Shown piece by piece: positions 27,305 to 34,702 of a stretch of DNA of 53,765 nt. Both the position numbers and the translations under genes were made by a program. Origin of the DNA: a virus (Duplodnaviria; Caudoviricetes). The stretch's first letter is position 1; each line of letters starts with the position of its first letter. The notes below the pieces were generated by a model. It was not told the DNA's origin, made no database searches, and was given only the letters and a program-made list of their open reading frames with translations. The DNA is taken from IMG/VR virus record IMGVR_UViG_3300032046_000032, positions 1 to 53,765 of that record. One strand, 5' to 3'.

Positions 27305-27671
27305 GCTTTTTCGGCTTAGCTACCTTAACCGGGGCTGTGCCGATGACGCCCTTAACAGGGTTCCATGTTCGCATGGTCTCTACCACTCCAGCAAGGCCGT
27401 TCTCTGTAAGCACGATCTTGACGGCCTCGTACTCGGTACGTGTCATGTAAACGACGTACTTGTTACGTCCGTCAGCTCTGTGTGTTTGCCGCTTGGACTG
27501 GCTGAGGAAGAGTTTGATGTCTTCGTCAGTGATTACGTGTCGCTTCACAAGCGACTCAGGGACTATAGGCTCCAGCCCTGATACTAGTTGTCCCTTACGG
27601 ATCAGCGAGCGGACGTAGGCGGGCGTAAAGCCCATCACCTTCGCCGCTTCAGCAATGTTATGTTTTGCCAT
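27279..27671 (-). CDS. MerR/Xis-like HTH DNA-binding protein (paralog 2)
   Basis: NIAEAAKVMGFTPAYVRSLIRKGQL...RADGRNKYVVYMT. Confidence 0.75.
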   Translation of the reverse strand: MAKHNIAEAAKVMGFTPAYVRSLIRKGQLVSGLEPIVPESLVKRHVITDEDIKLFLSQSKRQTHRADGRNKYVVYMTRTEYEAVKIVLTENGLAGVVETMRTWNPVKGVIGTAPVKVAKPKKRVHNVHEA

Positions 27672-27879
27672 CTTGTATCTCCTTTAGGGCGTGTAGGACG
27701 CTACGCATCCCTGCACGCTCAACTAACACAACTAGGACGTCGAACGCGGTTTTATCCGAGCCTGTGATTGGTATCGTACGCAGGTCAATTATGTCCGGAG
27801 ACATAATTGCAGGCTTCGTAGAGTCCAGTGCTCGATCGATACGTACTGCATCTCCTAGCAATAGTCTGCGGGCAGGCAT
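27658..27879 (-). CDS. Hypothetical protein
   Basis: 73 aa, coupled to neighbours. Confidence 0.5.
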   Translation of the reverse strand: MPARRLLLGDAVRIDRALDSTKPAIMSPDIIDLRTIPITGSDKTAFDVLVVLVERAGMRSVLHALKEIQDGKT

Positions 27880-28020
27880 TTATGACCCACCGTTCAGGTA
27901 ATGGACACGAGCAGCCGCAGACTCGCGGTCGGCATGATCGCTGTCTATGTGCCATTTGCCAGACGGGTCGTAGAATCCAACTGTCCACAGGCCTGGTTCG
28001 GACTGAATGTAGACGTACAT
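27880..28020 (-). CDS. Small 46-aa phage protein (not in ORF track)
   Basis: MYVYIQSEPGLWTVGFYDPSGKWHIDSDHADRESAAARVHYLNGGS; GAAGGAG RBS; first gene after promoter copy 2. Confidence 0.8.
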   Translation of the reverse strand: MYVYIQSEPGLWTVGFYDPSGKWHIDSDHADRESAAARVHYLNGGS

Positions 28021-28057
28021 AGCTCTCTCCTTCTATATAGTTACTTGATGATGCCTA

Positions 28058-28097
28058 ATTATAACATGAACCAAAGGTTTTTCATAAGGGGCATTGA
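28058..28097 (-). promoter_or_regulatory. Repeated early promoter, copy 2
   Basis: TCAATGCCCC-TTATGA-18 bp-TATAAT with extended -10 TGn. Confidence 0.8.
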
Positions 28098-28112
28098 TAC
28101 AATCGACTTTGG

Positions 28113-28373
28113 TTAATCTGGTAGGGGCTGTCTACTATAGCGGACTTGGCCGCCATCGCGAATTACCTGACGGACTAAGGCGTCGAACTCCGCTTGAGCC
28201 CTATCCAGCTTTTCGTAATACATGTCCGAGTGTCGCATCAGAAAACTGTTGCCGGGGTCAAGACTCACGACGACACACTTGACGCGGTACCCGTTACCGT
28301 ATTCGAAAACGTCTACGGTAGCTTCGTAGGGCCTGTGGGCGTCTTCAAACGTAGCGATTACACGGTTATTCAT
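28113..28373 (-). CDS. Hypothetical protein
   Basis: 86 aa with AAAGGAG RBS. Confidence 0.7.
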   Translation of the reverse strand: MNNRVIATFEDAHRPYEATVDVFEYGNGYRVKCVVVSLDPGNSFLMRHSDMYYEKLDRAQAEFDALVRQVIRDGGQVRYSRQPLPD

Positions 28374-28402
28374 CTTCTACTCTCCTTTCGTAGGTTGAAG
28401 CG

Positions 28403-28735
28403 TTATGGGCGGTATTGCATACTTGCCCAATTGGGGAACAAGGTTCTTGCAGTGTCTGCATCTAGCTTATCTCCTGCGCCCAAGACATCTTCAGGCCTAT
28501 GCAGCTGTGTGCAGTACCAAATGTAATCAGGGTTAGCCTGTTCTTCGACCTTGAGTTGCGCTAGCCCAGGCCAACCAATGTAGGCAGCCCAGTCCCCGAT
28601 TGCACCTTCTTTGGCAACAATGTGAACGATAGCAACGTTAGGGTCTCTTACCAATTTGGTAAAGAACTCCTTTGCTTCACACTCTGGTAACTCTGCAACT
28701 GTACACGATTTCACTTCCGTATGGTGGATTCCCAT
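28403..28735 (-). CDS. Hypothetical protein
   Basis: 110 aa with AAAGGAG RBS; GAIGDWAAY...GDKL motif. Confidence 0.7.
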   Translation of the reverse strand: MGIHHTEVKSCTVAELPECEAKEFFTKLVRDPNVAIVHIVAKEGAIGDWAAYIGWPGLAQLKVEEQANPDYIWYCTQLHRPEDVLGAGDKLDADTARTLFPNWASMQYRP

Positions 28736-28764
28736 TCTCAGTCTCCTTTCTTCGAGCGAACATA

Positions 28765-28879
28765 GGTGGTGCAGGACTCCCGATAACCAGTCGGTAGGAG
28801 GGGGGCAATGAACAGTCCCTGTCCTGCACCACCAGGTGTGAGGGCAGGAATCGAACCTGCCTGTAACACCAGGCTCACC
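28765..28879 (-). ncRNA. Structured intergenic RNA: tRNA-like T-arm minihelix plus 13-bp stem
   Basis: GGCAGG-TTCGATT-CCTGCC flanked by GTGAG/CTCAC (28835-28879); GGTGGTGCAGGAC/GTCCTGCACCACC stem (28765-28833). Confidence 0.5.
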
Positions 28880-28881
28880 GA

Positions 28882-29121
28882 TTACTCCTTGTAGATGGAG
28901 AAAAACCGCACGCCCTTATATTCAAAGAAGGACTTGAAAGGGTATTCACTGTCTCCGCGTGACGTGGTAACCAACTCACATCCTGAGTAGGCAGGCATAA
29001 GTTCACGCAGGTTAGCTAACCCGCGGATGTACACGCCGTCAGCAGTGATGCTTACAAGTGGCGTCGAGTGGTAGACTTTGGTGAACTTCTTCTGCATCCT
29101 AACGAGCTCTTCAATGTTCAT
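28882..29121 (-). CDS. Hypothetical protein
   Basis: 79 aa with AAAGGAG RBS. Confidence 0.7.
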   Translation of the reverse strand: MNIEELVRMQKKFTKVYHSTPLVSITADGVYIRGLANLRELMPAYSGCELVTTSRGDSEYPFKSFFEYKGVRFFSIYKE

Positions 29122-29135
29122 CTGTTTCTCCTTTC

Positions 29136-29195
29136 AGGGCTGAACCGCCCCTGGCTGGCCATCAGTTCACTGGTGGCCAGGTGTGAAGGTTCAGC
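29136..29195 (-). ncRNA. Repeated pseudoknot-like leader motif, copy 1
   Basis: TGAAC, long hairpin, then GGGC-GGTTCA-GCCC, then AAAGGAG. Confidence 0.6.
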
Positions 29196-29199
29196 TAGG

Positions 29200-29442
29200 C
29201 TACTCGCCTGGGGCCATCTTGCGGCCCACGTACATGTTGATCCTCAGGTCGGTGCCGGGGACTTTGGTGAAGCCGCCGGTGTTGGCGACGCCCATCATCT
29301 TGCCACTGTTCGACAGCCCAGTTTCTTCGTGCAAGTCGACGACCAAGATGAGTAGATGTTTGTCCTCGATAATAATGGAAGAGACGTTATTGCCGACATA
29401 CTTCATCTCTCCGAGGTCAACGGTTACGGTATCAGGGGGCAT
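29200..29442 (-). CDS. Hypothetical protein
   Basis: 80 aa with AAAGGAG RBS; SNSGK..VANTGG motif. Confidence 0.7.
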   Translation of the reverse strand: MPPDTVTVDLGEMKYVGNNVSSIIIEDKHLLILVVDLHEETGLSNSGKMMGVANTGGFTKVPGTDLRINMYVGRKMAPGE

Positions 29443-29461
29443 AGTATTCTCCTTTCAGTTA

Positions 29462-29534
29462 CTGAGGCTGAACCGCCTCGGCTTGCAGACAAACAGCGGC
29501 GTTGCCACTTGTCTGCATGCGGTGGACGTTCAGT
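29462..29534 (-). ncRNA. Repeated pseudoknot-like leader motif, copy 2
   Basis: TGAAC, long hairpin, then GAGGC-GGTTCA-GCCTC, then AAAGGAG. Confidence 0.6.
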
Positions 29535-29751
29535 GACTGTTAATGCACTGTTGTAGGAAGACACTGCCGGTGCCGTCTACAAAGTTACCGTTGAGCTGGT
29601 TGCAGAAGAATTCAACTTGGGCAGCTGTGCTTGCACGACGAAACTCTTCGATGAACTCGAGACGCTGTTGCGGTGGTACGAGTCGCTGCCACTTAGATAG
29701 GAACTGGAACTGGACTCCTGTTGCTTGATGTAGGGACATCGATAGTGTCAT
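29530..29751 (-). CDS. Hypothetical protein
   Basis: MTLSMSLHQATG...; GGAGG RBS; ATGA overlap. Confidence 0.6.
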   Translation of the reverse strand: MTLSMSLHQATGVQFQFLSKWQRLVPPQQRLEFIEEFRRASTAAQVEFFCNQLNGNFVDGTGSVFLQQCINSH

Positions 29752-29909
29752 GTTACCTCCACAGGCGTCGGCAGCTCGATCGGGATTGGCTTTGGAACGG
29801 GCCAATTTGGTACTGCGATTGGCTCTTCCTTGGGCTTCGGCACCCTCTTTGGAATGGGCTGGGGAATCGGGCGCTCAGTGATTCTTACATGTTTACCAAT
29901 CTGGGACAT
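29748..29909 (-). CDS. Proline-rich 53-aa peptide (not in ORF track)
   Basis: MSQIGKHVRITERPIPQPIPKRVPKPKEEPIAVPNWPVPKPIPIELPTPVEVT; GAGG RBS; fills the gap exactly. Confidence 0.7.
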   Translation of the reverse strand: MSQIGKHVRITERPIPQPIPKRVPKPKEEPIAVPNWPVPKPIPIELPTPVEVT

Positions 29910-30168
29910 CTTGGTACCTCATTTCTTTGAGCAATACGCGGACTGCGTCTTCTTCTTCTGCAGTGAGACGCAGCTTTACAGTACGGCGTACTCTGCGGGA
30001 TTCCATGTACGCCTTAACGCTTTCTTTGGTAAGGTACACTTTGTTTACGCCAGCATTGATTGGCTCAGTATGATCGACCACCAAGCGTCCCCGTTTCACG
30101 AGTGCGCGTACGAAGTGGTGATCGCAACCGATCCTTAAACTGGCTTCTTTGATACTTATGTAGTCCAT
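29893..30168 (-). CDS. MerR/Xis-like HTH DNA-binding protein (paralog 3)
   Basis: YISIKEASLRIGCDHHFVRALVKRGRL...LRLTAEEE. Confidence 0.7.
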   Translation of the reverse strand: MDYISIKEASLRIGCDHHFVRALVKRGRLVVDHTEPINAGVNKVYLTKESVKAYMESRRVRRTVKLRLTAEEEDAVRVLLKEMRYQDVPDW

Positions 30169-30887
30169 AGGGTCTCTCCAGCAGGTAGCACGTCGTTAGG
30201 ACTGAGTACGGGGACCCCGTACAGCCTCGATACTACCTTGGCGAAGTGCTTGTTAGGGTAGTTTAGCACCCCCGTGATAACCGCGTACTCCGCTCTGCAG
30301 CCGACGGCACACTCGATAATCGTACCGCCAATCTGCGCTCGGACTACGACAGCCCTTGATGAAACGTAGGCCGCTGCATCCTTTACCCCCCAAAAAAAGT
30401 ACAGACCGCAGGAGCAAGTCTCCCCCATGCATGCTCCAGCGTAACCGGGCCGCGGACGCTTGGCACAATACGCGCGGGTTACTTTGTGCGGGTGCCAACA
30501 GAAGTCACCGTCTCTTGATCCTAGGATTCGCTCTCCTCGGCTATCGACTGTTAGGCATATGGCCTTCCAGGCTACGTCTACTGAAGGTAAGTTAGATTCA
30601 GGCTCTGGCTCTGGCTCTAGTACAGCCCCAAGTGTAGCAATGGTACACGGCGGAAAGTGTGTTATAACAAGTACGCCTAGGTCGCGTAAGTTAGCGCCAT
30701 GCTTGAGGGCTATATGCCTAAGGGAGCGTAGGTGCGATCCAGAGTTACTTGTCCATTGGGCGCCCGCGCACTCGGCACATGTGTCGTCGATCGGTGGGTG
30801 CCAGTAGCCCCGTGCGTCAAGATGCAGGTTTGGCGGCTGTAGCCGCTTGGCGACATACTCTGCAAACGCGCTGTCTAATGCCTTCAT
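30156..30887 (-). CDS. Cys-rich conserved-looking protein with CxCGLY motif
   Basis: N-terminal CxxC..H..H; C-terminal W....RAYC...CSCGLYFF...GGTIIE...GCRAEYA. Confidence 0.65.
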   Translation of the reverse strand: MKALDSAFAEYVAKRLQPPNLHLDARGYWHPPIDDTCAECAGAQWTSNSGSHLRSLRHIALKHGANLRDLGVLVITHFPPCTIATLGAVLEPEPEPESNLPSVDVAWKAICLTVDSRGERILGSRDGDFCWHPHKVTRAYCAKRPRPGYAGACMGETCSCGLYFFWGVKDAAAYVSSRAVVVRAQIGGTIIECAVGCRAEYAVITGVLNYPNKHFAKVVSRLYGVPVLSPNDVLPAGETLWTT

Positions 30888-31021
30888 TGATTCCTCCTTT
30901 CGTATCGAGGTTGGTGGGCAGGGGCTAGGGGGAGATAACCCAGCCCCTACCGACCAGTGAGTAAATGCTCACCAGCGCAGCCACTAGCCCCCCCCGCTAA
31001 TGGCTGCTAGGTGCGCACCAG

Positions 31022-31366
31022 TTACTGTGGAACAGCAACTGCAACGAGCTTCGCAGCTTTAGCTTTGGGGACGTACGCACGCTTCAGGTTGACGCGCAGC
31101 CCTGTGGGCAGCGTGGCAATCTCTTCGGCGGTAGCGTACAGGAAGTACTTCGTGCGCCCGTCCGCGCGGCCGAACCGCTTGCCGACGCCTTTGCGCCAGG
31201 CTTCGAGGTCCGTACCTAGGATCTCGTGGCGCACACCTTCCTTGCGTCCTTCGATCGGCGCTAGTACGCTAATCAGCGCACCAGTCTTGATCGCGTGGCG
31301 AACGTACTGGGCGGTCAGGCCCACTTTCTTCGCCGCGGTTGTGATGGTGTACACGTTCGATTTCAT
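31022..31366 (-). CDS. MerR/Xis-like HTH DNA-binding protein (paralog 4)
   Basis: YTITTAAKKVGLTAQYVRHAIKTGAL...RADGRTKYFLYATAEE; start at 31366 after AAAGGAG. Confidence 0.75.
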   Translation of the reverse strand: MKSNVYTITTAAKKVGLTAQYVRHAIKTGALISVLAPIEGRKEGVRHEILGTDLEAWRKGVGKRFGRADGRTKYFLYATAEEIATLPTGLRVNLKRAYVPKAKAAKLVAVAVPQ

Positions 31367-31418
31367 GATGTTCTCCTTTCTATATAGGTTTCGAGCAGTC
31401 TTGTAGCTCGATAAACAA

Positions 31419-31458
31419 ATTATAACCTGTCTCCTATGAACTTCATAAGGGGCATTGC
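31419..31458 (-). promoter_or_regulatory. Repeated early promoter, copy 3
   Basis: GCAATGCCCC-TTATGA-18 bp-TATAAT, followed by a hairpin and AACCTATATAGAAAGGAG. Confidence 0.8.
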
Positions 31459-31460
31459 GG

Positions 31461-31868
31461 CTAGCTCTTTTCTGGATTGTGGAAGCCGTATTTCTCTGCA
31501 ACAGCCCGGTAAAGTGGAAGGCCGTACGGCGCGTACTCTGAAAAGTTGACGAGGTCGTCTTCGAGGATCCATAGCCACATCTTGACGACGCCATACATTA
31601 GCGATGATGAGATCCCTCGCCCGTTGATGGCCTTCTCAAATGCAAACGCCAGATCTTCTGAGAGCTGACGGCGTACGGCTTCTTCTGTCCACGGTAGCGC
31701 CGTCCAACTGTTAGGATCTGCTTTGTAGCCAAACTTCTCTACTTCGGTGACTGGGAAGAAGCTTACGAGGCGTGAGTAGTCGCGGCTGTCGATTATTGCA
31801 CATGTTCGACGGTCATAGCCAACAGTACCGTCTTCCACAGCTTTCAAGACTGCGTCTTGAGTTAGCAT
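31461..31868 (-). CDS. Hypothetical phage protein
   Basis: 135 aa with AAAGGAG RBS. Confidence 0.75.
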   Translation of the reverse strand: MLTQDAVLKAVEDGTVGYDRRTCAIIDSRDYSRLVSFFPVTEVEKFGYKADPNSWTALPWTEEAVRRQLSEDLAFAFEKAINGRGISSSLMYGVVKMWLWILEDDLVNFSEYAPYGLPLYRAVAEKYGFHNPEKS

Positions 31869-31883
31869 GTGACTCTCCTTTCG

Positions 31884-32060
31884 TTAGTCGACTGGGTCGA
31901 GCTCGTCGCGTTCGTTTTCGCGGCGAGCCAATTCTCGGGCGAATTCCGCCCAGCGAGGGTTGCTCTCGTCGATCATCTGAGCGAGCTGTTCGTCGGTGTA
32001 GGACTCTACGGGGTCCATTCGGTTCCTGAATAGGAAGTCCGCGATTGGTTCTGTTATCAT
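31884..32060 (-). CDS. Hypothetical protein
   Basis: MITEPIADF...; AAAGGAG RBS. Confidence 0.6.
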   Translation of the reverse strand: MITEPIADFLFRNRMDPVESYTDEQLAQMIDESNPRWAEFARELARRENERDELDPVD

Positions 32061-32207
32061 ACGTCTCCTTTCTGTGGCTTGGTTACTTAGGTAAAGCGCA
32101 CATTGAGGGGCCCTATCGTCACACATGCCCGACGTTGATAAGGCCCCGTGATGTACGCTCAGCACAGGGCTGAGTGTTATATCGATTCTGGTGTCAGCTG
32201 TTAGCTG

Positions 32208-32399
32208 TCAGGCGTCGATGCCGGCTTCGCGTTTGTCTGCGCATGTGTCGCAGTAGTACCCACTAGGCCGGCCTTCAGTGTGCTTCCTGTAGCGCCACTT
32301 CCATGTAGGCCCTGTGCGTGGCAGCTTCTTTCCACAACTGCATCGCCACGTACTACGTGTTGACGCGCGGGTATGGTTTCCGTTCTTAGTCCTAGTCAT
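32208..32399 (-). CDS. Small zinc-ribbon-like protein
   Basis: CSCG...YCDTC; AAAGGAG RBS. Confidence 0.6.
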   Translation of the reverse strand: MTRTKNGNHTRASTRSTWRCSCGKKLPRTGPTWKWRYRKHTEGRPSGYYCDTCADKREAGIDA

Positions 32400-32505
32400 T
32401 GTTTCTCTCCTTTTGGTCGATCGGGTCGATCGTAAGTCTGTGGCATGTGCCACATTCGCAAGCGCGCTACCGTCTAGGTGGTACGCTAGCGGTTGGGGTC
32501 ATGCG

Positions 32506-32772
32506 TTATGCAAAGATACCGCTTTCCAGCATACGCGCCAACATATGTTTGCATACTATGCCTCGGTACGCATGGTCAGGGCACTCGCACCGCCAAATGG
32601 TGGTGTGGTACTTGGTGATGCTTGCCTGGTACGTGTCGCTGGTGAGTGCCAAGACGAGTGCGCTAGCCAGCCTACTAGGATCGTAACGCTCAGGCCGCTT
32701 TTCTATCAGCGTGAGAGCGAACTCGTGGTTGGATGCTATGCGCTCTTCTGATGTGAAGGGTTCAGGGTGCAT
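32506..32772 (-). CDS. SWIM zinc-finger protein
   Basis: CECPD....VCKH (CxC...CxH). Confidence 0.75.
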   Translation of the reverse strand: MHPEPFTSEERIASNHEFALTLIEKRPERYDPSRLASALVLALTSDTYQASITKYHTTIWRCECPDHAYRGIVCKHMLARMLESGIFA

Positions 32773-33037
32773 CTGCACTGAACTCCGTATGCAGGTGCGA
32801 TATCCTGTCGATGAACACCTTGCCGGTGTTGTCAACGGTGATCTCGGCTACGTACTCTTCGAGGATGTCGACACCGAAGCCCTGGTCGAAGGTGGCCATC
32901 ACCGGGTCGGAGTCTTGCTCGAGATCATTGTGCTCGCAGGTCTTGATGACGACGTTGAACGCGTCGCAGTCATCTGGGAGCTTGGCAAGCATCGCATCCA
33001 GTGCGTCGTGTGCTGCTTTCTTCTGATTCGTGTTCAT
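32762..33037 (-). CDS. Acidic hypothetical protein
   Basis: MNTNQKK...; GAAGGAG RBS. Confidence 0.6.
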   Translation of the reverse strand: MNTNQKKAAHDALDAMLAKLPDDCDAFNVVIKTCEHNDLEQDSDPVMATFDQGFGVDILEEYVAEITVDNTGKVFIDRISHLHTEFSADAP

Positions 33038-33297
33038 AGTACTCCTTCGTTGACGTGGTCGATCGCGAAACAGGTTTTCATCACGAGGTCGTAACAGCTC
33101 ACGTGCATCTCGTCTTGCGCATTCCAATCCATGTCCGCAAGGATTTGATCCTGCGGGAGCTCGAGCTCGGCACGCGTCTCTGCATCAGGCTCGAAGGCGT
33201 CGGTCATCAATGCGACCGCAATCTTGTCGCCATCTTCGATCTTGCCACCGCATACCTTACACTTGCGGCTGATACTGGTAAGTGGGGATACGCTCAT
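33034..33297 (-). CDS. Hypothetical protein, possible Zn-binding (CxxC...HxxC)
   Basis: KCKVCGGKI...HVSCY; AAAGGAG RBS. Confidence 0.6.
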   Translation of the reverse strand: MSVSPLTSISRKCKVCGGKIEDGDKIAVALMTDAFEPDAETRAELELPQDQILADMDWNAQDEMHVSCYDLVMKTCFAIDHVNEGVL

Positions 33298-33322
33298 TGT
33301 TTCTCTCCTTTCGATTCGATTC

Positions 33323-33799
33323 CTAGTTATATCGAATCCAGAGCTCCTGTTCATCGCGCCAATCGAACAAGACGCTCTCAAAGTCGCAGTGAACCGGTAG
33401 TAGTGCTCGTGCGGCTTGCTCGTAGATCTCTTTGGCGGTCTCATATTCATCTGGGTATGTCTCAGATGTTTTAGGTGGGGCAGGTCTAAGTTCTCCTGTA
33501 GCCTCGCTTATGCGATACGCGAATGGAGGCGCGAAGTAGACGCGCTCACAATACTTGTATCCTTCGATCTCTTGATGTATCGCGCTGATATCATCATGAG
33601 ATACGATCTCAGGATCTTTATTGAATGTTACCTTGTTACTTATGGGGGCGATCACGTCGACGTTTGCTATGTCAAAATCAACAGCGCACGCGTCGCCGAT
33701 GCTCTCAACAGCTTCGACCGCAGCTTTGAGCAGGGCTTCTAGAGCAGAATCTTGCTCTTGCTCTGTCTCTACGTATATGGTGATACGTTTCTGGGACAT
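33323..33799 (-). CDS. Two-module hypothetical protein (C-terminus paralogous to 36902-37252)
   Basis: Shares KDP.IVSHDD..AIHQE and FDWRDEQELWIRYN with 36902-37252. Confidence 0.75.
   Translation of the reverse strand: MSQKRITIYVETEQEQDSALEALLKAAVEAVESIGDACAVDFDIANVDVIAPISNKVTFNKDPEIVSHDDISAIHQEIEGYKYCERVYFAPPFAYRISEATGELRPAPPKTSETYPDEYETAKEIYEQAARALLPVHCDFESVLFDWRDEQELWIRYN
33326..33367. repeat. 42-bp perfect inverted repeat, left arm (partner 37205-37246)
   Basis: gttatatcgaatccagagctcctgttcatcgcgccaatcgaa is the exact reverse complement of 37205-37246. Confidence 0.9.
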
Positions 33800-33851
33800 T
33801 GCTTCTCTCCTTTCTATATAGGTTCCAAGCAGTATGGTAGCTTGATAAATA

Positions 33852-33891
33852 ATTATAACATGGCTCCTATGATTTACATAAGGGTCATTGA
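33852..33891 (-). promoter_or_regulatory. Repeated early promoter, copy 4
   Basis: TCAATGACCC-TTATGT-18 bp-TATAAT. Confidence 0.8.
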
Positions 33892-33912
33892 ACGGATCAC
33901 TTTATTGATCCG

Positions 33913-34101
33913 TTATATGCCTACCATCTTGCCGAAGCCTGTATGCTGGCGCTCGGTCTCAATGCGCCATTCGTCTAGGATTTCGTCAACTTGAACCCAG
34001 TCGCCGTCGATATCGTACTGATCGCGCATCCAAAGTGCAATCAGCTTGTTGCCGAGCTTAGCGAGGGCCCAGGCAATCTTGCTCTTTAGCCGTGCCTTCA
34101 T
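33913..34101 (-). CDS. Hypothetical protein
   Basis: 62 aa with AAAGGAG RBS. Confidence 0.6.
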   Translation of the reverse strand: MKARLKSKIAWALAKLGNKLIALWMRDQYDIDGDWVQVDEILDEWRIETERQHTGFGKMVGI

Positions 34102-34120
34102 TGCGTCTCTCCTTTGCTAC

Positions 34121-34180
34121 TGCAGCTGAACGGCTGCATGATGAGATGCACTAGCGGTGGTGCTAGTGCATCTGGTTCAC
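34121..34180 (-). ncRNA. Repeated pseudoknot-like leader motif, copy 3
   Basis: TGAAC, 12-bp hairpin, then TGCAGC-CGTTCA-GCTGCA, then AAAGGAG. Confidence 0.6.
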
Positions 34181-34187
34181 GCATCTG

Positions 34188-34595
34188 TTACATGCAAGTG
34201 TACTCCGCATCATCGTGATATTCGCAATCGATGTCGCCGAAGCTCACGAGCAGGGCGCTGATCTTATGTTCCCATTTATCAACGAGCTCTGCAGTGAACT
34301 TATCAGGGTCCTTCGCAACGATCTTGATACCGCGGATATCTTCGCCATCGATCTCTGCATCGCGGTAGTGTCCTGCGATCATGTCGTGGAGCTCGTATTC
34401 ATCGATCTGAACAATGTTCTTCATATCATCGAGCCACTTATACGGCTCGGCTCCTTCGACGACGGCTTCGATATCGACTGCCTGTATCTGTGCGTCGGAG
34501 ACCTTCGCAACGGCTTCGATGCATGCGCGCTGCAGCTTCGTTACATCATCTGCTGAGCACGTTTCCATGGCTAACGTTACCTTGATCTGAATCAT
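34188..34595 (-). CDS. Acidic hypothetical protein (N-terminus resembles that of 33323-33799)
   Basis: MIQIKVTLAMET...ACIEAVAKVSDA versus RITIYVET...AAVEAVESIGDA; AAAGGAGG RBS. Confidence 0.7.
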   Translation of the reverse strand: MIQIKVTLAMETCSADDVTKLQRACIEAVAKVSDAQIQAVDIEAVVEGAEPYKWLDDMKNIVQIDEYELHDMIAGHYRDAEIDGEDIRGIKIVAKDPDKFTAELVDKWEHKISALLVSFGDIDCEYHDDAEYTCM

Positions 34596-34652
34596 GTTAT
34601 GCCTCCTTTCATATAATATCGATTTCAAGCAGCATGATAGCTTGATAAAATA

Positions 34653-34692
34653 ATTATAACATGGCTCATATGATCTACATAAGGGTCATTGA
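34653..34692 (-). promoter_or_regulatory. Repeated early promoter, copy 5
   Basis: TCAATGACCC-TTATGT-18 bp (TCATATGA dyad)-TATAAT. Confidence 0.8.
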
Positions 34693-34702
34693 TATGAGCA
34701 AC

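Noticed and set aside
28741-28835. HDV-like/theta ribozyme downstream of the tRNA-like element
   Set aside because: The enclosing stem is too long for P1, and I could not place P1.1 or the catalytic J4/2 strand.
29136-34180. TGAAC...GTTCAGC elements as integron attC sites
   Set aside because: The right end is GTTCAGC rather than GTTRRRY, spacing is asymmetric in copy 3, and there is no integron integrase in the genome.
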